64,000 bases of DNA from Takakia lepidozioides. Lineage: Eukaryota > Plantae > Bryophyta. The position numbers and the translations under genes are program-made. The stretch spans positions 8,122,001 to 8,186,000 of the forward strand of contig CM060732.1 of the NCBI GenBank assembly GCA_030704615.1. Direction: 5' to 3'. Under the pieces are notes generated by a model. The model had not been told where the DNA came from and did not search any database. It saw only the letters and a list, made by a program, of their open reading frames with translations. This document shows positions 38,120-49,728 of the stretch, in pieces (position 1 is the stretch's first letter; each line of letters begins with the position of its first letter).

Positions 38120-41100
38120 CCTCAAACTTGCAGATACCACTGCCAGGTTTGGGTCAATCCTGCCATCGACATTCGGAAGGTGACATGGCGCACAATTACG
38201 CACATGGTCCTTCCAAGTTATGCCATCCCGACCCTCCAAGATCAAGACGCCTGAGGGCAAGACCTCTCGAACCCTCAAAATAACACGTCATGCAGTCACA
38301 TCCAAGGTCGTAGGAGCAGTCTGCTGCAGATAGACATAGTCACCAGGGTTGAATCTCCAAACCCCAGGACGATAGCCCCCACTCAATGTATCACGATGTT
38401 GGGCAATGGCAAGGTTCTCGAAAGCCATGGGCATGACTTTCTTGAACAACTCTGCACGCTGATCACATGCACGTGCCCAAACGTCCGGATCGTCAAGGTT
38501 AAGAACTGTAGTAGCTTCTCTACGAATGGATGTAGGCAAATCCGGCTCTCGGCCAAAGAGAAGCAAATGCTGCTTGCTTGCTGAACCTGTAGCCCATGGC
38601 TAACCAGGGTAACTGAAGGTCCCAATCTTCTAGGTGTCCCTTCTGCAAGCCATACTTGCGCAAACCCCTCTTTACTGTCTGAACAACTCTCTCTGCCAAG
38701 CCATCGGCCTCAGGATGATCCCGAGAAGTGGTGCGGTGGTCTATCAAGGCCTTGTCACAGAAAGCCTGAAACTCCCCCAAGAACTCTCTCCCTTGGTCCG
38801 TGAGTACCTCAGCTGGAGCACCGAATTGGCTAAGTACACAATCCAAGAATGCATACGCAGCTCCCTCACTAGCCTTATCAGGCAATGGAACCAACTCGAT
38901 CTACTTGGAGAAGTGCTCCACCATCACCAACACGTACTTGTTGTGGCGCATGGTCAGTGGCAACGGCCCTGCGAAGTCAAGACTCCACCTGTAGCCCAAT
39001 CCCATGATCGGAAGAGGGTGCAATTGTGGAGTAGGGGCGTTGAATGAAGCACGCACCCTGTCACACACCATGCACCTAGCCACAAATTGTTGCATCTCTG
39101 TGTGCATACCACGCCACCAATATTGCACCTGCAGTAGACTATGAGTGCGTCGCACCCCAAAATGCCCCAACTCCTCATGGGCATGCCGCACTAACCGTGC
39201 CCGTTGTATTGGGTGAGGCACAATCCTCACTTGACCATCCTCCCACACTCGGAGCAGGTGTGTCCCCTCCCACTTGAACCTCTTGGCTCGTTGTAGGATC
39301 CGATCCCTCTCCTTGGCAGTCACAGTGGCTGCCGTGTCTCCAGTGCAGAGATAGTCCAACACAGCTGAATCCTCATGTATATCTTTGGCGTCACCTTGCT
39401 CATTGCTGGCCTCAGGGTCCTCAGACACTTGATCTACAGTCATCCCTGTTGCAGGTCCAACCTTGGCCTTCCGCTACCACGATACACAGAAATGCAGATG
39501 CATGTCATCCGGGCACCATCTCCTCATCCGTCTCACCATGCCACCGAGCTCCAGTGTCATCCTGCTGGCTCGTACATGGATTGCGACTCAACCCATCTTC
39601 ATTGCGATTGACCAAACCTGGTCGATGCACAACCTGAAAGTCATACTCTTGAAGGATGAGTGCCCACCGTGCAAGCTTCCCCGTAAGCTTGTCTGACTCC
39701 ATCAACCACTTGAGTGGCTGGTGATCCGTGACAAGGGTGAAGAGATTGCCGTATAGATAGCACCTGAAGTGTGCCACGGCCCACACTGCAGCTAAGCATT
39801 CTCCCTCATATGAGCTATACTTAGACTCTGCACCGTTGTTCGAGCGGCTAGCATAAGCCACTACGAACTCTCTTCCCTCATCATCCACCTGTGTGAGCAC
39901 CGCTCCAAGCCCTAGCATGCTCCAATCTGTATGCAGCTGAAAAAGACGCCCCCTGATAGGTCGTCTCAAGATGGGCGCCAAGGTCAACCTCGCCTTGAGC
40001 TCTTGAAAAGCTTGTTCTTGCTCATCTTCCCACTGCCACTCCTGGTCCACTGTGGTCAGCTTGGTTAGAGCCTTTGCAATGGCACTAAATCCCTTAACAA
40101 ACCGTCTATAATAGTTTGCTAACCCCATGAAAGCTCGAACTCGGCTCACATCCGTGGGGTGTGGAATCTGTGCAATGGACTCTACCTTAGTATGCTGTAC
40201 CCCCAATCCTCCAGGATATATCATGTGACCCAGAATACTCAATCTGGTTGTGGAAAAACTTGCACTTCCCCGGATGTAACTTCAATCCGTGCGCCCTCAA
40301 GCGCTCAAATATCACCTGAAGGTGTCTCTCCTGCTCCTCCACCGTAGCACTAAAGATGATGATGTCATCTATGTAGCACCGAACAAACCCCACCCCTGCT
40401 AGAATCTTGTCCATGACTCTTTGAAACTCAGCGGGAGCGTTTTTAAGCCCAAATGGTAAGAACCGCCACTGGTATAGGCAATCCTTCCCGTGCTCATTGA
40501 TCCCCCAGAATGCTGTCTTCTGCTTATCCGCCTCCTTGATCGGCAACTGGTGATATCCGGATCGTAAATCCAAAGTGCTAAAGACCTTGGCATGCCCAAT
40601 GGCATCAAAGATCTCCTCTGGTGTTGGCATAGCATACCTATCGGACTTGGTCTGACGATTTACAGGCCGGTAATCACCGCACATACGTCTCTCTGTCCAA
40701 TTGCCATAGACATCCTTCTTGGCTGGCATCACTGTGGCTGAAGCATACTCTCCTCCAGATAGCTCCACCAAACCAGCCTCCCAAAGGTCCTGAGTTCTCA
40801 TCTGAATTAAGGACCTCTCCATGTCACTGTATCTATAGGGTCTCCGAAAGATTGCCGTGTCAGTAGCCAATTCAATGCGAATCTCTTGACCCTTCAATGC
40901 TCCTAAGTCCTTCAAACTGAAGGCAAAGCAGTTCCTGTAAGCCCTCAAGAACCGCCATATACGTCGTCTCTCTCTTTCGGTGACTATAGGTCCAACATCA
41001 GGCTCCAAGTTGTCCTCCGTGACTGCAACCTTGAGTCCAGCAGGCTTAGAGGTAGGAGACGCGTCCCGTGGTGCTATGCTGCAACCTCTTGCGAGCAGTG

Positions 41101-41384
41101 ACCACTGCCTTCTCTGTCAGTGACAATGTCTCATCTGCCCCATCATCCCATCCTTGAGGACCTCCTCAACCCGAGAAAAATCCCCAACCTGATCCATCAC
41201 CGCCACCTTGGCTGCCAACTCCTTCTGAACCTCGAGCACCTCCCACGTGTGCCATGGATGCGGCCTGCACCTCGTGGTCCTCACCTGCTCGCCCCCACTT
41301 GCTGCCTGTACCGTCTCGGTAGGCAGGGAGACCATGAAAAGAAGTGTACTCCGTACTCTGCGCTGCTCAGCCATAGCCAAGCTG

Positions 41385-42330
41385 ATAATCCAGGTCAAGC
41401 AATTGAGATCCATTGCTTGCCCCAACACCTGACGACGTGATGCCTCAGAAAGAGATGGCACCGCCGTGGTACCGGTGGTAAAACCCATCGCCCACTCGCG
41501 CTCGTCAGCATTGGGCTCCACTAATTGTTGCAATTGGCTATCCCACAAGAGGCCAGGTCCACCATCCCAAAAAGCATGGGATCCTGGGAAGCTGAGCAGT
41601 GTAGGGTAATCCTGCTCGTGGTTGACCCACCTTGTTGACCACTGCCAAAGGCGAATGGTCAGCGTGTCTCACACGTTGAGACTGCCTCCCTGTGTCCAAA
41701 ATGCTATCCACTGTGAGGTGTGCTGGCCGCTGCACCCCATCAAATGCACGCTTGAGCAGTGCAGGTGGCATCAAGTTAGTCCACCATAGCCGTGGACGAT
41801 GAGCCCATGACCCCACTGCAGCTGCATCTAGCAGCACTGCTGACCCAAGCCACGACCGGACTTGATGCACACTGGCCATCACCCTGGCCCGAGAATCACC
41901 CATCAGTGGCACATTCTCCAAGATGTATGCTGGAGATACAGCTTGATGAAGCTGCAAGTGGCGCAAAACCCGCACCATCTCCCAAAACAGCCCCGTCCTC
42001 GAGTCTCGCAATCCATTGCCATGCCTGACTGATGAATGCCCTTGGCAGGGCCAACCTGCCACTACCAGATCAATGGAGCCAACTTGCTCCAAATCCTGCG
42101 CCCCCAGCAACAAAATGTCTGCTAACAAGGCTTGTTGGTATCCACGAACTGCAGACACTGGCAACAAATCAGGGTACTGCTGTACCAACTGAGCAACATG
42201 GCGTAGTGAGACGCGTCGTGCAGTCTCATCCCTCTCCTCATACAGGTAACGTTGAACTCGTACACCTGCCTGCAGTACTGCAGCCAATCCAGTGCTGATC
42301 CCGCCAAACAAGTCCAGAAGGCATATGTCT
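41385..42330 (-). other. C5 cytosine DNA methyltransferase domain (DNMT3-like) in Gypsy C
   Basis: LLDLFGGISTG, IDLVVAGWPCQGHS, ILENV, HRPRLWWTN, EREWAMGF and RRQVLGQAMD. Confidence 0.9.
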
Positions 42331-45300
42331 TCATCCGGGCACTGCCACACAAGAGGTGTGGTGTCCAATGGCAACAACTGAGGTGGTCTTGGTGCAATCA
42401 CCGCACTCTCCTCTTCTCCTGACGGTACGAAGGCCTCTACCCAGGCTTGTTGTACTCGTCCATCAGCAGCCTGCTGCAAATCCTTGCTCGTACCCCACAA
42501 TGGAGTGTGAGCAACCATGGCAGACAACTCCGCCGTACCATGCATGTCATCCTACTCTGCTGGAGGTGGCACATCCTCTGCATGGGCATTGCCTTCCAGC
42601 AACTCTCCAGGCCAACTAACTGCAGCTGTAAAAGCGGCTAGTGTTGGCATCTTGCCCCGCTGGGCAGCCGCAATACCCCCAATGAATGTCACAAGGAGCT
42701 GTGCTCGACGACCATCCCCTGACTGCCATCCAGGCCTGTAGGATGCTGACTCCTCCCAAAAATCCAGGGTGAAACCCATGGGATATAACACTGCCCCACC
42801 AACGAGAACATCGTAAGAGACCGCGTCTGTCACAATGGCCTTGGCTCGCATCACTGAGCCATCTATAGGATGATCTGGTTGCAGTCTAATGGCCAACTCA
42901 CGCCGTGTCATGCCCCGAGCCTGCTCTGATCCTCTCAGAGATGTCTGTATCTGGAAAGGACAAGGCTCCATATCCACCTCCATGAGGCCCAAACCTGCAA
43001 TAGCAGCTCTGCCCAACATCAGTGGCTAAGCTCCCGAGTCCAACAAGACCTGCAGTGGCCTGTACTTCTTGCCTGCCGGTCCACTCAAAGAGAAAATGTC
43101 ATCCTGGTTGTCTAACAAGACAACTCCAGGTGTCACCATGGCACGCTCAAAGGCTGGCCTAGCTGGCTGCTCCGTCAACCTGGCAGCTGCAGCTTGCCAT
43201 GGCGCAGCCGTGGCAGTCTTGACCCTCAAATCCGAGGATCCCTCTGCCACTACACCTTCCAGTAACTCTGCAGAAGATGAAGTGACCTCCCCACTCTCAC
43301 AGAGTGTTGCTGCTAGTCTGAACACCGCAGCTGGTCTTACCCCCGGCGTCGCAATCATGGTTGCTGAAAACAGTGGGGCTTGACACACAGAGGTGGCTGC
43401 CCCCAATAACACACCGGCTGCACTAGCCTTGGTAGCAGGTGTCAGTGATGCACGTGTAGCTCTCCCCAATGGCATAGTAACCTTCGTCTCGGTAACAGTC
43501 GGGCGAGAACTAGGTGCCATGGATGGCGTCGACACTGTCTCCGCCAATGTGAATGACTGAGGAAGCCTCGCCTGACGGCTTGCCTCCCCACGCTGTGGAT
43601 CCAACTCCACCTCTGCACCTCGTGGCTCAGGAACTCGTGCTGCTCCTCGAGTCACGGCTGCAGCAGACTCCACCTGCTCTAGTGGTAGTGCTACTCCGCA
43701 CATGAATCCCATGCCTCCCATATCTCCTCCTTCAGGAGCAGGAGGTGGACCATCCTGCCTGGGAGCCGGTACCACTTGAGCTGTAGCCATGGCAGCGAGC
43801 CTCTGTTCTAGCTGCTGAAGCCGGTTGGCCATGCCTTGGTCAACACCCTGACCTCCGCGTACTTGGCCATGTTGAGCTTGCCCTTGGCCTGCACCTCGTG
43901 CTCGGCCACCTCGTCCTCTCTAGGCTGGTCCACCTCGCCCCCGGCCACCATTGTTCCCTTGGAACTGGCCTGGGCGCAACTCAGGATGCAAGTCATAACA
44001 CTGGGCATCTCCATGCCCATACTTGCCACAATGCCCACACTGCAACTGTGCAGGCTGTGCTGGTGCCGGCCTTTTGCCACTCTCTGGGCAATCTCTCTTG
44101 ACATGGGGTCCTCCACATGTCCAACATATCACCCCTGGTTGCTGTTGGCTTGCAAAAGATGCTACTGGCCTCTGCACCTGAGGTCCCCTGTAAGCTCCAT
44201 GAAATTTGGGTTGGGAAACCTTGCCCCCCTGACCACGCTATTGGGCAGTCCTTTGTGCCTGTGGGCTGGCAGCTGCGCCTCTTGCAGGCATGTTTTTGCC
44301 AAATCCAATGGTAACAACTCGCTCCTCCACCATGTTGAGCTCAATCCGCTCAGCCAGCAGAAACACATCTGCTAATGTGGGTTGGGCTGCTTCTAACAGG
44401 GTTGCATCCCGCACCCTTCTCCTGAGCTCATTGTCCAAAATTCCATACCAGAACTGGATTGCCTGAGCTTCAGTAACCCCTTGGGTCACACTTATCAAGC
44501 GCCTCATACGAGTGTACGCCTCTCGCAGGCTCTCACTGGGTTTGCGCTGGAAGTCTTGCAAACTTCGCAGCTTCTCTGTCCGTACACCTTGGTAGTTCTT
44601 CCGCATCTCCTGGAAGAACTCCACCACCGGGTTGAATCTAGGCACATGTGTTGTAGTCGTGGCAGGAGGAGGAGTAGTAGCACCTTTTGAACTGGTACCA
44701 CCTGCAGAAGTACCGACACTACTTGTTCCACTACTAGTGCTGGCAGTAGGAGATATTGGTGCTGATGCAGCTACTGGTCGCGTCGTGCCTCGAGTAATGG
44801 AGACGTAGTCAGGTGACCAGTACATCCTCCACTCCTCAATCTCTGCTTCATGTCCTTGCCTGAACTCGTGGTAATCGTCTATAGGTGGGCCTTCCAAATG
44901 CTGGAACAGTCCATTCCACGCCATGAATGGGGTGAACAGCTGTGGATTGCGCATCTGCTGCAAATCACACCAGCTGTCGAACTCCTGGATAAAGTCATCC
45001 AGCTCAATTGTGCCCACAGCTCCAGAGTACCTACAAGGCCCCTTGGTAGCTCCATACATCTCCTCCATGTCGTCCCACAACAATGGCGAATGAAACTGCA
45101 CACCTTTTGATGAAACCTCCGAGTCTGTGTCTGACTCTACACTAGTTGAGGGTGGAGGTGAAGGTGGTCTGAACCGAATACCTCGTCTTGTGAAGCCACT
45201 CTCACTGTTACTGCCTGTAGCCGTACTCCCCTCAAAACCCTTGGGTAACTCCGTGATGACACTCACAATGTGCACCTCCCCCACGTGACACTATAAGGCT

Positions 45301-45742
45301 CTAATACTAATTCTAATAGTGACACGGGTGGGCACCTGTTGCAGTTTAAGGGTCATATCCCAGTGGCTCTGGGCACCTACACCTGCATCCACCGCAAGAA
45401 CTCCTATGGTTGGCTGGTCATCAACCCAGTCTCACCATAGAAGAAACACTGGTGGTCTTGCTTGTCATCATTCCAGCCTCACCACCGACAGCATACTCTA
45501 GGATTGACCGGTGATCAAATCAGGCCTAATCCCTATGAAAGCAAGTGCCCACACAAAACCAACATGGCGCACAGTCAAGCATACAGGTGTTGGGGGGGAT
45601 CCAAACACAAGAAATCAAAACATCAACACCCCCACACCAAAATCCATTTGCAATGCTGATACTGCAGAATATCCCAGCCCAAAACCCCGGACTGACTGGC
45701 CTCCACCAAGAGAGGCTTTGGCAACTACAAGTACAAAGTAAT

Positions 45743-46086
45743 TGTCAAGTTAAATAAGCACAGTGTGAAAAGAACTAGAATAAAGCTAGTTATTTGTATT
45801 TAACACTTGGATTTAGGTCAAGTGTTAAGTTTAGTTTGACACCTGAATGGCCTTATCTTCACGAGAGCGGCAGTCGCGTAGCTCATCTCTCTCGAGTTGA
45901 GCCTGCGCGACCGAGCTCCTGCATGTGTTTAGGTTTGAGTGTGCTTATGTAGGGGTACAGGTTGTTGTGGGGTGGAGTCCCCATAGCTTGGGGTGCCCCT
46001 GGCTCGACTTCTGTTTCAATGAGTGATAGCGATGGATTTTATATTTCTTGTGTTGGGAGTGTGTGTCCTTTTTAGCTTGTTTATCA
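45743..46086 (+). repeat. 5' terminal repeat of Gypsy D (B segment only)
   Basis: TGTCAAG...TTATCA is nearly identical to 54841-55196, differing by a 12-bp indel and about 3 substitutions. Confidence 0.92.
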
Positions 46087-46098
46087 CTCGAGAGAGAT
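46087..46098 (+). promoter_or_regulatory. Putative self-priming primer-binding site CTCGAGAGAGAT
   Basis: It is the exact reverse complement of LTR-internal ATCTCTCTCGAG (45885-45896). C has the same arrangement (58870-58880). Confidence 0.7.
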
Positions 46099-46629
46099 CA
46101 ACCATCTAGTTTTCTAGTGCTAAGCTAGATATGATGTTTGTTTTAGCACTATTATAATATACCTTGGTGTGACACAAGTCTGTGAATGATTCAACTGAGT
46201 GTTTAACCATTCCGGAGCGGCAGAAAGCTATTAAGCTCGCGGCGGATACTTCACTTGCAGTTACTGCTAGCGGATCTTGCTGGAGTCACGCATTTAGTAG
46301 AGATCTTGCTCAGGCCACTGGAGATGAATGCTGCCTGATTGATTCATCAAGTAACGACGGGTTAGAGGTTAGCTCTTTTTCGTGCCTAGATTCTTCTGCA
46401 GCGATCTTGTCATCGTCTCAGGGCTGCCGTGTGGAGTGGAGACGAAGGGCTTGCCGTGGGTGACTCCAAGCCAGCCCATTTTTTTGGATTGAAGAGGCCT
46501 GTGAGCAAGGGTACCATTTATGGAGAGCCCAAGAATCAGGGTATTACCCAGCTCAAGTTTCAGCGAAGCCTGCGGTCTGTAGCTGAGGAGCGGCCAGGCA
46601 GAGAGACGACTACAACGAGAAGGAAGAGA

Positions 46630-47457
46630 TGGTAATGCCGGTATCGCAGGGCACTCGTCAGTAACTGCCCGACGCCAGCTGTTATTCAGCCTTTCTGTGG
46701 CACTTGGAGCACTAAGGTTGGGCAATGTTGATCTTCCTGCAAAAGCAGCAGTTTCAACGAGAGTAAAGCTCAAAGATGTTGAAAATCCCAAGCTGCAGGA
46801 TGCTCTCAGGGCGGCGGTTGCTGGAGACCTGGAAACTGCTGAAGAATTGTTTTCAGCTTTGATAGATGAGGATTCCGCAAATGCCAGTGTCTGGTCCAAC
46901 CGGGGGAGTGTGAGGAGGCGGCCCAGGATTTCAGTAAGGCTATTGAGCTGGCTCCCGAGGCTCCAGTCCCATTTCTTAATCGCGTCATTTCTTACGAGGC
47001 ACTTGGACGCTATCAGGAGGCTATTGCCGACTGCAAAACTGCCATTGTCAATGACCCTGAGGAGTTTGCAGCTTGGTTTAACTTGGGAAAGGTGGAAGCA
47101 CGAGTACGTGACTATGACACTGCTTTGACTGCTTATTCCAGAGCCTCAGTGCTGGCTCTTGGAATTGCAGGATACCGACTCAAGCAAGCTCTGGTTCTCT
47201 TTCAGCTCGACAGATTGGGAGAGGCCAAGAAACTGATACAAGGCCTTGTCCGGAAGTATCCAAATTACACTGAGGCTCATGTAGCTCTAGCGGCAGTGCT
47301 GTGGAAAGAAGGTGACCGCAGCCGGGCAGAGGAACAATTCTTTGAGGCCACTTCTCGGGAACCGCAGTACAGCAATATCAGGTGGATTGGTGTAGAGCTG
47401 CAGTGGCCACCAGGTGCCGTGGAAGCCATGGCCAAGTTTCTTAATATCACTAACTGA
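46630..47457 (+). pseudogene. Captured intronless TPR-repeat gene, probably a Tat-targeted thylakoid protein
   Basis: A signal-like RRQLLFSLSVALGAL...AKA, TPR motifs (VWSNRG, PFLNR..YEALGRYQEAIAD, AWFNLG, YPNYTEAHVALAAVLW) and C-terminal WPPGAVEAMAKFL. Frameshifted near 46915. Confidence 0.8.
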
Positions 47458-47699
47458 GATAAGATTTTGCCAAGCATCGTCTTCAAATAAGCGAAGCGGA
47501 AGTCTACAATTGTTGGGGCGGCGTTCTCTCTATTCGGCTGGGGCCAGGAAGCACAAGTCTGGCAGAAACACAGTGACAGGTGCAGGCAGCTGTGAGAAAG
47601 GCCAAGCAAGAGCAGTCCAGGGGAGGATTGACGAGGTCACCAAATCTTAGGCCATTTGCTGGAAGGGAGGGGCGCTTTCTGACAGTGTCAACCTCCCAG

Positions 47700-47990
47700 G
47701 CTGGCGATCCTCAGGTTTTGGAGGATTGAACCTCAAGGTCGTGTTTGTTGCAGGAGAGCATGAGAGTGGGAGACTGTGAACTCACCAAGTGACACTTGGT
47801 GTATGAGCGAGATATGAGCTGAAGGGATCGACTCAACATTGCCATCGGTGTAACAAACGCGCGTTGGCGTACCTGCATCCTGAGTGCCCGGAGCACAGGG
47901 TGTACTGATCTGAAGCCTTCTCACGTTCTCCTTGACAGAAAGGCCAAGACCCGCATCACCGACCTTCACATCCCACGCACTGCCACAGCA
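47700..47990 (+). pseudogene. Captured receptor-like kinase domain fragment
   Basis: Across frameshifts it reads LVYE..S*RDRLNIAIGVTN.LAYLHPECPE..DLKPSHVLLDRKAKTRITD, matching RLK subdomains V-VII. Confidence 0.7.
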
Positions 47991-48419
47991 TAAGAGCACA
48001 GAACGAGAGGAGGGGTGAATCCAGACTGTGAGAACTACATGAACATGTTTGGGAACCCGTAGATAACCAAGGAACAGGGAACCAAAACAAGTATTTTTTT
48101 TTAAAAAAAAAAGAGAGTTTTCTTTGTATTTGTTTGGTCTTATTAAAAAAAAAGAAAAAAAAAGAAAAGAAAAATGTGTCATGTTTAAAGAGCTTGGTTG
48201 GTCATATCTTTGTCAAATGAGCTCCGTTTGACCCAGTTTTTGAGGGGATAGCTGCAGAAAGGGGATATCTACGTATCTAGACATGGTTTTTGTTTTTGGG
48301 ACTCTGCTAAAAATCTATGGAATTTTTAGAGTGTGAGTGTGCCATGAAAGATCCACAATCCTGTTTCTAGAACCTGTGCTGGTCTATATGAGAGACAAAT
48401 CTGTGGATGTACTCCTTGT

Positions 48420-49169
48420 ATGGCTGGGGGAAATGAGGACGTAATTGAAGGGCAGATCTCTTCTCTTAGCCTGTGCACACAAGGGGACAAGATTTATGTT
48501 TCCCAAGGAACTCAGACTGATTTGAGTGGAGAACAGTTGGACGAGTTGATTGCATACTGGGAGTCAGGCATTAGCAGTGGACAACAAACTGCTGTAGTTG
48601 GCGTTGAGGGCCTCAATATTGCTTTGGACAGCCAGCACTCTGTTGGAGCCAGCAGTTCTGCAGCTGTAGGTGAAATACCAAAGTGGGTGAAAGCTAGGCT
48701 TGGAACACAGCCAAAGACAGCCCCGGGGACCAAGGTGTTCAGCCACAAGGCCGTGGTGTACTGGAGCAGAGGAGCAGGAGCTACACAAGTTTGTGCAATC
48801 AGACATGGTTGCAGCCGGATACGCTCTGCACAGGGCAACCACGAGCGGGGGTTCATCAGCAATGACATGTTTGTTGTGCGTGAAAGAGATGCAGTCATTC
48901 CCAATGAGGACACCCGCAACCGTCTCAAAGCTTTCGAGTTGAGAGACTATCAGACCCTACCTTTGTTTTCTTTAGTATTCAGTGAGCGGGAGATAGGGGA
49001 GTATTGCTTTGTCTCTACCTGGCAGAAAGAGGAGGAGGGTTGGTTAGAGCGAGCTACTGTAGCTTGGGACAAGGTTAGTGGCAGGTTTCTGGACATAGAT
49101 ATACCTCCTACACCTTACCATCATGCAGAGCGAGGCACTTTGAGAGAAGTCTGGCAGTTGATAGCATAG
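48420..49169 (+). CDS. Conserved 249-aa extra ORF of Gypsy D, upstream of gag, function unknown
   Basis: Intact ATG-to-stop ORF, the same length as and highly similar to 55350-56099 in C. Confidence 0.75.
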   Translation: MAGGNEDVIEGQISSLSLCTQGDKIYVSQGTQTDLSGEQLDELIAYWESGISSGQQTAVVGVEGLNIALDSQHSVGASSSAAVGEIPKWVKARLGTQPKTAPGTKVFSHKAVVYWSRGAGATQVCAIRHGCSRIRSAQGNHERGFISNDMFVVRERDAVIPNEDTRNRLKAFELRDYQTLPLFSLVFSEREIGEYCFVSTWQKEEEGWLERATVAWDKVSGRFLDIDIPPTPYHHAERGTLREVWQLIA

Positions 49170-49728
49170 ATCAGGATTAGACCTTGCTTGGTCGGGCTTC
49201 TATTCTTCCCCTCCATCTCTGTACTATTTTCATTACCTTGTACTTGTAGTTGCCAAAGCCTATCTTGGTGGAGGCTAGTCAGTCCGGGGTTTTGGGCTGG
49301 GCTATTCTGCAGGATCAGCATTGCAGCTGGATTTTGGTGTGGGGGTGTTGATGTTTTGATTTCTTGTGTTTGGATCCCCCCCAACACCTGCATGCTTGAC
49401 TGTGCGTCATGTTGGTTTTGTGTGGGCGCTTGCTTTCATAGGGATTAGGCCGGATTTGATCACCGGTCAATCCTAGAGTAAGTTGTCGGTGGTGAGGCTG
49501 GAGTGATGACCAGCAAGACCACCAGTGTTTCTTCTATGGTGAGCTGGGTTGATGACCAGCCAACCATATGAGTTCTTGCGGTGGATGCAGGTGCAGGTGC
49601 CCTGAGCCATTGGGATATGACCCTTAAACTGCAACAGGTGCCCACCCGTGTCACTATTAGATTAGTACAATGGCCAAGGGCAAGCTCAACATGGCCACGG
49701 ACGCGGAGGTCAGGGTGTTGACCAAGGC

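Larger units (their letters stand above)
37976..45284 (-). pseudogene. Gypsy C gag-pol polyprotein, disrupted by stops and frameshifts
   Basis: Gag with two CCHC knuckles (CWTCGGPHVKRDC, CGHCGKYGHGDAQC), protease VLLDSGA, RT DYRPVN/LDLRSGYHQ/YIDDII, RNase H TDWS/TDHQPL, and integrase HHCC plus SLDF/LTDQG/LAER. Confidence 0.92.

Noticed and set aside
46087-46105. tRNA primer-binding site
   Set aside because: It does not begin with TGG (the complement of tRNA CCA) and instead complements the element's own LTR.
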